This document shows, piece after piece, positions 36,801 through 48,800 of a stretch of 64,000 bases of DNA. Every line of letters begins with the position of its first letter. The stretch's first letter is position 1. The translations under genes were made by a program, and so were the position numbers. The notes below the pieces were generated by a model that did no database searches, was not told the DNA's origin, and was given only the letters and a program-made list of their open reading frames with translations. Source of the stretch: Lingula anatina (taxonomy: Eukaryota > Animalia > Brachiopoda); assembly GCA_051362555.1 (NCBI GenBank), contig CM120648.1, positions 12,334,587 through 12,398,586 on the forward strand, given 5' to 3'.

Positions 36801-39800
36801 AAAGTTGGTATCTTTGAAGACTCAGCACTCTTCATAACACAGAGGTGACTCAGAATTATATTATAACCACTCACAACATTATGTTGTCTTTTTTTCCATA
36901 CTGCTCTTCAATTGTGGGCTGCTTACTTCTAAGTAATTTTGTTTCCTGATTGCTCATTTATATAGAACTTGGCATATTCAATCAACATAATATAGCTTAT
37001 TTTTAACAAGTTAAGAATGAGTTACTTCATTCAATTGTTCAGTTGTTTTTCCTAGGTAAACTTATATTCTTATACCAACATGATAATAACTTAGAATTAA
37101 AAATATACATTAAATGTTTGTGCTCTAGATATGCTGGTGACATGTAAGCTGTCTGACCCTGGAGCCAGTGTTTCCATACTTAATTGTCCTGTTGTTTCTC
37201 TAGGTATCAACTGGTCAGTGTTAGCTGCCTGTCCCTAAAGCCAAGGTGTCCATACTTAATTGTCCTGTTGTTTCTTTAGGTATACTGGTCAGTGTTACAG
37301 AGGCTGTCTGTCCCTGGAGGCAAGGTGTCCATGCTTAATTGTCCAGTTGTTTCCCTAGGTGTACTGGTCAGTGTAAGCTGTCTGACCCTGGAGCCAAGGT
37401 GTCCCTAGAGGCTGTGTGTTATCACTGTGACTCTATGGACTACCTATGGGACCTCAACCCAGTGAACACCACAGTGCAGGGACTGGACTGGAGCCAGGAC
37501 ACCACCACTGATAGAACAGAGAGAGGACTGAGTGTTAAACCAGGTGTTCTTGCACCTGGGGAGCTCTACCAGGTCACAACTAACGGTAAGTAGTGTGAGA
37601 ACAGGTGCAAATTTTAAGCTTGGTATTAGCCTTTTGGGCATACTTTATATTCAATCCTTATATTTATTCTTCCACTTAAAGTTGGATTTTACATGTGACT
37701 TATGAGGCAAAAACAACTGAAACATGTTATGATATAAAAAATTATAGAAGAATTCACTGATTAAAATATTAAATCAAAGCTGCTACTTTAAAATAGTTTA
37801 AATTCAATCAGTATGTAAAATGAATCAGTTTCTTCAAAAAAGTTCAATTACAAAAATTCAATTATTTAATGATCATATTAATCAGTTTCATTTAAGTAGT
37901 TTAAAGTTTGTATATTAAAGTTTCTGAGGGTCCATGGGATAAAAATCTTTGCCAATTTAGCAGCTCGAAGCTTTGGGATTTAGTAGTTTTGAGAATGTCT
38001 CAGAACACAAATGTTCTTTAACTTTTGGAAAAACAGTTTATGCTCTTCTATATGCACAAGCTGGTAAATATGTGACACATTTTTTGCAATTGAATGCAAC
38101 AATATTAGTGCTGTCTACACCATGTCATATGTGTCTGTAGGTACAAGTCAGTCTGCTGGTACAGTGCTGTCTACGTCTTGTCTTATGTGTCTGTAGGTAC
38201 AAGTCAGTCTGCTGGTACAGTGCTGTCTACATCATGTCATGTGTGCCTGTAGGTACAAGTCAGTCTGCTGGTACAGTGCTGTCTACATCATGTCATATGT
38301 GTTTGTAGGTACAAGTCAGTCTGCTGGTACAGTGCTGTCTACATCATGTTTCATACAAATGGGGACCAGCCCTAGTCCAGGAATATGCACAGTTTCTCCT
38401 TCCACTGGCTTTGAGATTGTCACCAATTTCTCAGTGAATTGCTCTGGGTTCAGTGACAGCACTAGTCAACTCCACTATAACTACCATTTTTGGGATGGAG
38501 ATCCTGCTACCAAGAATCAATCAGGTAACTTATTGGAATTTTGTAGATGAATAGTTTAAAGCAAATGTAGACAACAGAATACACCAGCTTAAAATTACAA
38601 AACAGAACCATTTTTTTTTAAATGTCAGTAGATCAAATTGATAGGCAAGTCATTATAAGAGAATCAAAGGATCTGCATAACATCAACTTGGGAAACCTCA
38701 ACCAATCTTTAGCTGAATGTCTGAGTCTGATAGAGACCATTCCTAGAGCCTGTCATACTAACTTTGGATCGATCTATATCCCCAAGAGGATTCTTGCTAA
38801 ATTGGAATCAACTAAAGTGGCATAGATGTCTGTCACACCTACTGAACCAGCTAATTAATTATCTTTTAGCACCTTTAGTAGGCATGCCAGACATCTAAGC
38901 TGCTTAAGCTGAAAGTGATGGACCGATCCTGGGTGATGGACTGATCCTGTTAGATCGATCCAGGTATGGGAACCCAGTCATAGACTTCGCACATATGGAG
39001 ATGAAGAAGCTTTTCTGTATCAGACCTGAAGCTCATATTAATATACCAACACTGAGGGTTGACCTGTTCTTATCCACCAATATTTGTGTATAAATGTTCC
39101 TATTTCCCTCAGGTATGCTGTTAGGCAGCAGTTCTGATGGTTATATCCACATCTCTGCCCTGTCAGTGTCCCCAGCCAGTGAAAACAGTCAGGGAGAGGT
39201 CCGTGTGCATGCTGTCAATGACAATGGTATGAGGACAGTGGTGACTTCCACTGTCCAGGTATGTTTACATTTAGCTGTTGGGGTTAGAGTGTGTGCATGC
39301 TGTAACTATAGATGATGTGAGGACAGTGGTGACTTCCACCATCCAGGTATGTTTACATTTAGCTGTGGGGGTTAGAGTGTGTGCATGCTGTAACTATAGA
39401 TGATGTGAGGACAGTGGTGACTTCCACCATCCAGGTATGTTTACATTTAGCTGTGGGGGTTAGAGTGTGTGCATGCTGTAACTATAGATGATGTGAGGAC
39501 AGTGGTGACTTCCACCATCCAGGTATGTTTACATTTAGCTGTGGGGGTTAGAGTGTGTGCATGCTGTAACTATAGATGATGTGAGGACAGTGGTGACTTC
39601 TACTGTCCAGGTATGTTTACATTTAGCTGTTGGGGTTAGAGTGCAGTGTTCTCAATAATGTTTTTAAAAGTAGAGTCCCAGGGCCTCAGTGAAGTCAGAA
39701 AAACTGAGTCCGCAGAGAAAATTTAGAGTCCCACTTGTCACAATCCTAGAAAATGTAAAATTCAAATATTTGTAATAAAAGATAAGCAACACATATAAGT

Positions 39801-42800
39801 CTTAAAAGTTTTTATTCAAGTCTTCATTGTTTTCACTAACTCTTATGCATTGCATGAATGTCATTGGCGACTCTGCCTCAAGGCTCTAAAATGGGCTTTG
39901 GCTTGAGTATAGTCAAACTGTGCAAAATGTGGCCCATTAATTGTAATTTTCATTATATGCTCTAATTGCACCTCACCTAACCTATTTCTTGTTTTGGTCT
40001 TGTTCAAATTTTGCACAGAAAAACCCCTTTCACATGATGCACTATTCAGTGGAATGACTAGAGCTATTTGTGCAAACAGTATACATAATCTGGATAATAA
40101 TCAGAATAGTTAAGGATCAAATCCTCACAGGAACTGGCAAAGGCAAATCTCTCTCTGTAAGCATGTATGTGGTGCTTGAATGGTAAGAAGTCCCTCCAAC
40201 ATCTGTCTGCATCCACAACTTGGGTGTACGTACTGTGCAAGGAAGTGGTCAAGTTCCTGTTGTCCATAAGGTCTAATGTCCTGAGCAGCATATGGGTATA
40301 CCTCTTGGGATTTAACAGGACATCAAAGGCATTCAGTGTTGTCATGCTTGCCAAAGGAAATCTTTTGTCCAAATTGTTTTCTAGTTCTTCGGAGAATCCA
40401 TCTGAAAAAAAAAAATTAATAACTTAGCTTGCATTTCTCTAATCAAGGTAAGTATTAAGATACTTATTGAAACAAAAGCCTGGCCAAAAATAACCCTAAT
40501 CATTGAAAATAGCAAACGAAAAAAGCTAAGAACAAAGACACCCTGATTATCAAACAATGAGACATAAAAAACTTACTTTTGGCTGCATTAAATGCACGTT
40601 CTTTGGGATAAGTCTTGCTCACATCCTGCCCTTTGTATTGCCCTATGTTTCTTACTTCAGTCTCCATCTGTGACAAAGCTAAAAGAAGATCAGCATCCTG
40701 CCTATATGTAGCCAGAGTTCCCCTTACTGTGCCCAGACATCGGGAGGCAGTGTCAAAGTCCAGATTTTCACATTGAAAGCATTTGGACAACCTGAATAAC
40801 AATTAAAAGATATAAGAAACTGAATAATATACAATTTATCACCGTTTTTAAATTTTATAATATTTTGAATTTAAAGAATGATGAATAAATATTTATATTC
40901 AATTAATTAAAAATGAAAAAAGTTTAACAAACTTCTCTAGTAAATTGGGCCTAAAACCAAAATCATGTTGAAGTGTATTATTACCTTCCAAACAATGGCA
41001 GAATATCTTTCATGAAACAGGATATTGCTAGGAAAACATAGTTGTTGACCTTCCTCAGTAAGCCATTAGCCATTGGGTTCTGCACAGCATCTTCCTCTAA
41101 AGCAGCAATCAGACTGGTTCAGCAATTGAGGACACTTTCCACTGCCTGCTCCAAAGAGAGCCATCTTACTGCCAACGGCTGCTTTAGTGTTAGAAACTGA
41201 TCATCATCTAGCATATCATATACAGCTCTCAGTCTGTTGTAACGAACAGCAGAGTTCTTGAAGTATAGAAACAAAGAATTGGTACTTTCCTGGTACATGT
41301 TAATGGCTGGGATATCAGCAGCAGCTTGGCCTACAGCCAGGGCTAGTTTATGTGACAAGCAATGGACATGCACTAGGGGAGGGTTCTGGGTTTTTAGCTG
41401 AACCCCTACACCTGTCCCGCGTCCCATCATAACAGCCGCTCCGTCACTACCTAGCCCCATAATACGATTGATGGCAATGTTTTTGTCCCTAAGGAACTCA
41501 TGTATGGCGTCGACAATTGTATGTGCCTGTCCATTTTCAACATTTTTATTGGCAGCAAAGTAAGTTTGAACTTTACCATTCACTTTAGTCTGAAGGTAAA
41601 TTACCAGCTTTTTGTAGATTGCTATTTCACAGCTTTCATCTACCATGATACCTATGAACCTGCTGTTATTGATGGCCAACGTCAAATTGTCATCAATGCT
41701 CTGGGCAATGCATGCACTAATCTCTGATACCATTCCCGCTGACGTGTAATGTCCATGCATATTCTGTAGAGTGCATAAGTCACCATGGATATAAGTTTAA
41801 TGCTAGGTTTTTAGATGCTAGAAAATAAACTGTTCTAAATTGATGTGTTAAGCCATCATCACATGTTTTTTCACAGTTTTTCATTGCCTTTTGAAATGTC
41901 TCTCTTACCTTTTATGGCCTCTACTGCTGTTTTGTGACTCTGAGAGGTCATGTGCCTCAGGAGTGAAGAGCACTGGTAGTCGGTGCTCCCTGGCGGCGAA
42001 GTAAATATGTTGTTCTTCTTTCCTCGCACACATACACTACACTTCATTTTCTCCCTGCCAGGTTCCCCTTCTACAAACAGCCACGCCTTGAACGCTGTGT
42101 CATGCAACCAAATTTGTTGTAAACGTCTTATTTTCGACTTGATTTCAGCATCGCTTGCGCCATGCTTTTTAATTTCTCGGAACAAGGCTCGGAACGAGAG
42201 CGGCTATTTAAAGGTGTGGGACGAGTATGTTTTCACTTGATGGACAGGCTAAATTTTATTATCAAGATTTGGAATTTAGTTTAAATTGATTTTGACTTTG
42301 TTTTGTACATAACGTCGGTAAATAAACTCTTATATGTGTCGATCAAAAATTTTTAAAGTAACGTTGTCAACTAGATTCTCCCTATGTCGCCGCACACAAA
42401 ATGATGCAGCTGTCTAGAGTGGTTTAACTTATTCATTCCGTAACGGTACATATGTATGAATGAAAGTTGATGTCTTTTAAGCCATTTGTATGTATTTACT
42501 ATAAGCATTTATCGATGATTTAAAAAAAAAATCCTAACAAATGTAGAGGGTGTTGAACACACGTTGTCTAGTCACGCACGTGTAGCTGGTGCTACCGCAA
42601 CTCATTGCATACATATTATTTGCTAAATCGAGCTCAAACGGGCGGAGCTATGCAAATGACCTAACTTATAATGCATCATTTTCATGAGTGGCAGTTAACG
42701 ATTTAAAGCGACTTGTAAACATGGCAAGCTAATAGTATTATGGAGATCGTGACCAACTTTTAGTATGCATGCAGGTTTTATGTTGAGAAACAATGTTTTT

Positions 42801-45800
42801 GATTTCTTACTTTTCATTAGTTGCGTCCCCGGGACACAGAAGAGTTGCATATTTTGCGTCCCGTGGAATTTCATTGCATATTTAGATATGAGGACGTCGT
42901 AATGGAAATCCCTGGAGTGTGTGCATGCTGTAACTATAGATGATGTGAGGACAGTGGTGAATTCCACTGTCCAGGTATGTTTACATTTAGCTGTTGGGGT
43001 TAGAGTGTGTGTGCATGCTGTAACTATAGATGATGTGAGGACAGTGGTGACTTCCACTATCCAGGTAATTTGACATTTGATATGCTATCACTTTCAAACC
43101 TACTGGCCCTTTGGGATACCAGGGTCTAAGAATCTTAAAGCCAAAAAGAGTATATTATCCTGATAACAATTATGCCAAGATTTTAGGACCATTCCCCCCC
43201 AGAATTCTCCCCTCCCGCAGACAATTTCCTCACAGGACAATTCCCCCAAAGAAAATGTTAATTTATGAATATAAAGTAAAGAGTGTAAAGTTTAATACTT
43301 TTTGTGTGATAATGCAACTCCATCACTAAACAAATTATTTTTTAATAAATTCCTTTTTTATTGAGTACAAGAACTGAAAGTTTTATTAGATATGTAATCA
43401 AAGTATAACCACCTATATCCTCCTGGTAAAGGTGGGGTAAACACATGAACAGGTAAACATGTTTTATGAATATTTAAGTATAGTGGGCAGTCTGTAGATG
43501 GGAAGTGGTCAGGCAATTAAAAGTGACAGATAATCAAAGGGATACCTGGATAAGTGAGAAAATCTGTTTACCCCACCTCTGCCTAGAGGTGCACCTTGAT
43601 CCAAGGTGGGCAACTTAATCATGGGGGGGAGTGATGAAGCAAGTATGCAACATTTAGATCATCAAAGGTCACATGGATGAGTGAGGTCATCTGTTTACTC
43701 CACCTTTACCAGGAGAGGGCTGGGTTGTATGAATGCCGTATAGCACTATACGCTGGATAAATCAGCCGTGTAACTTAAACGGTTCTTATACGGGTTGCAA
43801 GAAAGCCGTATAACTTTATACGACGGACAAATCTGCTAAACGGTCGGTTAAATTTATACATCTCAGGGAGGTCGTTTAAATAGTTATACAGTAGATAAAA
43901 ATGGCGTACCTGCTGAGGTTCCACAGGAATCCTCAGCAGTATAATCCACCTAGACAGAGGAGAGAGAGGAATTTTCGAAGAGAAGTATTTGACTTTCACG
44001 GCTATACTGACTCTGAACTGCGTGCAAGGTTTCGTTTTGGCAGAGAAGGCATTAATTTGATAGAGAGAATGTTGGAAGAGGAACTGCAGCCTGCGACTGA
44101 AGGAGCTGTTCTCTCTCGGTGAGAGAACAAGTTCTCATTGTTTTGCGTTTGTTTGATTGCAATAATTAAGTCTTGTATTTGAGACAAAGATGAACAGTCC
44201 ATAAATGCTAAATAAAAATGAATAATTTATCAAAAGTAATTAATCTATTGTCAATTTCTTGGATTTGTTTTATCAGTAAAGTGATTAGCAACAGTGCCTG
44301 ATGGGTAACCAAATATGGACATAGACCCAGTTGTTCATAGCAACTATCTTCAGAGTGAGGTTGTCCTTAGCAATTATCCACTGTATAGTGATTTTATCCA
44401 CCGTTTAGCTAACCGCCTGTTTATACTCTCAGGGCTGGGTTGTATGAAAGCCGTATAGCAGTATACGCCGGATAACTCTATACAGTGTGTAAATGCCCTA
44501 TATGGCGTATAACTAAACGGTGTATAAAAATGCATTGCATAAAGAGCGTATAAACAGGCGGATAACTAAACGGTGGATAAAATCACTATACAGTGGATAA
44601 CTGCTAAGAACAACCTCACTTTGAGGAAGTTGCTATGAACAACTGGGTCTATGTCCATATTTGGTTACCCATCAGGCACTGTTGCTAAAACAAAAGTACA
44701 GACCTCTGAAAATGTCTTCTGGTAAGAGGGCAAGGAAGACCAATTGGAGTGTCAGGGAAACCTCCCTCCTTACTGAGCTGTGCCAAGTGCACCAAAATAC
44801 TATCAAGTCCAAACTTACCACTACTTTAGACAACAGGCAAAAGAAAACCTGTTGGGAAGAAATTTCCAACAATGTTAGTGCACTTGGCATAGCTCAGAGG
44901 AGCACCCATGAATGTAAGGAAAAGTGGAGAGGAATGGTTGCCCATGCCAAGAAGATCCGGCATGGGCTGGTTAAACATGCTGGGGGAACTGGCGGCAGGC
45001 CAGTCCATCCCCCAGTGGACTCTATGATACAGTCTATCATAGAGATGTATTCCAATGACCCCTCATTTGAGGGTATTGCCGAAGGTTTTGAGACCACAGG
45101 TGAGTAATGAATTTTTATTTATTTGAAAATATTTTCAAATGATGAAAATGTTCTTCGCTTCTTGTGAAAATGCTGCTAAAATCAATCACTGAGAATCACA
45201 CTGCCGTTTCAATATGAACACGGTACACATCATTCTAGCTAAGTTCACATAAAAAACTCAAACGGTTGCATGTTAACTTGTTCGCCGTAAGTGAATGTTC
45301 CATTGTCACATAGTTTTTTTTTAACTTTCAAAATAAGTGTTGAATGTGATTCGGTTGCTCAGAAAATTGCATAAAATCATATCGTCTGCAATGTTTATAT
45401 ACTTTGACCTTGAACTTCTATAACGAGGCAGAGTCACTTACTGATTCACAGCCGCTGTCGCTTTCACCGCATGCCTCGTAGTTGAGGTCCTAAACGATTA
45501 GATTCTAAACGTTAAATCCCAATGTGAATGGAAATATCCTCTTGTCCTTGAAATGTATCAAACATAGTCGAAAACAATAAATGCATGCCACAATCAATAC
45601 ATCCACTTCGAACTGGTAGTACATTACTGCTGTGTATAATAGTCAACCGTTGCAGCCGTAATAAACTTTCGTTGTATCGTAGCCTTGTAAATCCTTTATC
45701 ACTTCCAAATAGTTTGAAATGACTGAAAATGTATCCTCTGCATTCACTTCTCACAAATCCTCTCGCATAAGGTACTTGTTTCTTTAGAACTGTAATATTT

Positions 45801-48800
45801 TCACGAAAAAAAAAAGGCGTCGAATGAATGCACCTGCTTCGAGCTGTGGGTTTTTAAAATGAAGGTGGTCATGTGACTATCGCTTACGTAGTTTAAAAAC
45901 GAGTGTTAGTGCACCGTTTGAAATGTTATCATAATTTATATATTTATTCAACTTATGGTAAAATCTTGAACACTTTGTCACTTTAATTTTTTTTTATATT
46001 TTAAATTGCGTGAATCCGACAGAATTTCAAAATTATGTTTCCTGGCTCCTGGGTCTGCCAAAATGTCCAAGTTTTTACCGTATTTCATTTAATAGGTGTA
46101 TTGAATATTTTTTGGATCTGCTTTTATGCCACCTCTAAACATAAATATACCTTTTAAATATTTCAGTAGCTGCAATGCCTTCTTGTTCAAACACAAGTAC
46201 CTGTGAACCACTAAGCACAATTGATATGACAGATTTGTCAGCTCTTGGTGGGTTTTGTAAAAAAATAAAAATAAAAAAATAATACTAAGAAAGGATAAAA
46301 TTGTTGCCTTAAAAAATTGTGAATATAAAAATAATGTACATTCACTTTTAAATTAAAAATTTTGTTTTTTATGTTTGAAAGTTATAATGGTAAAATTTAT
46401 TATACTAAAATTTTATTGATAAATATTTATCATTTAGTAAGCAATGATGATGCAGATGATGATGATGACAATGAAAATGATGACAGCTCAATTTACAGCC
46501 CAACTCCAACAACAACAACAACCAGCACCAGGGCTGCTGTAACACTGCCATCATGTAGCAGAGGGAGTGTAAAAAGTATGTATGTGGAATTTAAAAAACA
46601 TATGTAACATATTAATGGAAGATATCACAGTTTAACAACAATTGCAAAATTGATTTTGTTTTAATGACAGATTTTTTTCATTTTCTTTGTAAGTACTTAT
46701 TCATAAAAAGGCATACTCATGAAGCACATGCAACATTTTCCTTTATAGGTAGTGCAGGAAATAGAAAAAGGACAATTCATGGTCAGTTATATTTGCATTT
46801 AATTATTTTTAAGTCTTGCTGGGTATATTAGTTATGCATTAATGTTTTCAACACTTTTGCATTACTGTAATTTCACTACTCAAGTGGTAAAGTCACTTTA
46901 TCATTTTGTTTTGGTATTTTACATGTAATATGAAGTGATACTATGCAGAAATGAATAACCTTTAGATTTCATGTTTTTGCAGAGAGCAGTGTAGTGGAAG
47001 GCTTGCATGCCAAGCTTCTGGAACAAGAAATGAAAAATGCAGTAAAAAAAGAAAAAAAATTAGATCTCCAAATAATTTTACTACAGAAACAAATCCAAGA
47101 AATTGACAATAGATTAATTACTTTTGATATTTAAATGTTAAATGTTACGATGAAGAAAAAACTGTGTTACTTATTTTTTTTTAACTTAAAAGAATGATTC
47201 TTATGATTGACATACAGCTCAAATAAGAAAACCAACTCTATTGGATTATAATTTTTTATTGAATTAATGCAATTTTTCTTTTTTCTTTTTGGTGAAATTT
47301 TTATTTTTCTCATTCTGACATTTCCTCGTATAAACTTAAACTTTAATGGGTCTGAAGCCTTATGCCTTTACTTTCATCAGTATTACCTGTTGTGCATAAT
47401 TGAATTTTGATGTTCACTTTGCAGTTAAGCATAATGTATTATTGCATCAGAATTGACTGTATCCTATTGTGTGCATTATTATTGCCTTTTTTGGCTTGTT
47501 TGTTTTTACATTTGGCAGCTTTGCTGCATTGTTAACTTGTTGTGTCTGTAGTGTTAGTTGGTGTTTATGAAGAATTTTACATATGGCAATAGTGTTCTTA
47601 AAGCTTTACATTATTTACTATTTTCAATTTTAATATTTATTGCAATCTGTGCTGATGAAAATGTACATACAATGTTTTTTATAAAAGGATATCACATTGA
47701 ACACAATAATTGCTTTTCAATTACAAAACACATAATGAATAGATGATTACAATTTGAAACAAAACTGAATCAGTACTTTTATATGAACTTTTATATGTAT
47801 ATATATATGTTAGAAATAAATATATGTTGGAATTTTTTTGAAATATAGCAACTCTCATAAAATGTTGATTGACAGTTACACACACAAAAAAATTATCTGG
47901 AAACATTAAAAATAACAGTTAATAAATATTGGTTCATCACAGCAAATGAGTTTCATTGCTTTATATTTAAATTTGATTGTAATGACATTGAATCCACTTA
48001 GACAGAGGAGAAAGAGAGAAGTTTCGAAGACACATATTTAACTTTGACTTTTACACTGATTCTGAACTGCATATAAGGTTTCATTTTGGGAGAGAAGATA
48101 TAAATTTGAGAGAAAATATTGGAAAGGAACTGAAGCTAGACACTAGCAGTTTAGTTCTCTCTGTTTGAAAGAACAAGTTGTCATTGCTTTACATTTCTAT
48201 GCTTGTTAACTACATATCTCCAAGTTGTTGGTGGTACCAAAATATCAATCATGCAAAATATGTTGTAGCAAGATGATCCCTGACTGCACGACCATCTTGG
48301 GGTCCTTGATACTGCACCCCCATGTCACCATTGTCTGCAGGCACTTGTACATTGTCAGGAATGGGCTCCTTCAAGTTTATTGCAATGTTGTGGAGGATGG
48401 CGCATGCTCCAACTATGGTACTCACTCTAGCTGGGGCCATCCTGAATCCTATATTTAGGCAACCAAATCTGTAATGAGAAAAAAATAAAATATATATTAT
48501 TATTTCTATTATTAATTTATTATTAATATATTATTAATTTACTTAAATAATTTGTGAGGATACAATTTTTTTCATTTAAAACATGTTCATTCACAGTGTA
48601 TGCACACATTATTGTTTATTATCCCTCAGACATAAAGAAGTATTTGGTTATTGTTTTATTTCATTTTTTTTTTTTGTTCATTTCTTTATCAATTTTGCTT
48701 AAAATAGATATATATATTTTTTTTTTTGTTGCTTGCCTCTTTTTCCACATGCCAAACACTCGCTCTATGAGATATCTTGTGCTCCTGTGGGCCCTATTAA

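Larger units (their letters stand above)
39203..43070 (+). repeat. 88-bp x7 repeat containing an exon end and donor, interrupted by the hAT
   Basis: CCAG|GTA donors at 39259, 39347, 39435, 39523, 39611, 42975 and 43065. Confidence 0.95.

Noticed and set aside
32537-43070. CRISPR-like regular repeats
   Set aside because: Head-to-tail units without unique spacers, in eukaryotic introns, with no cas genes.
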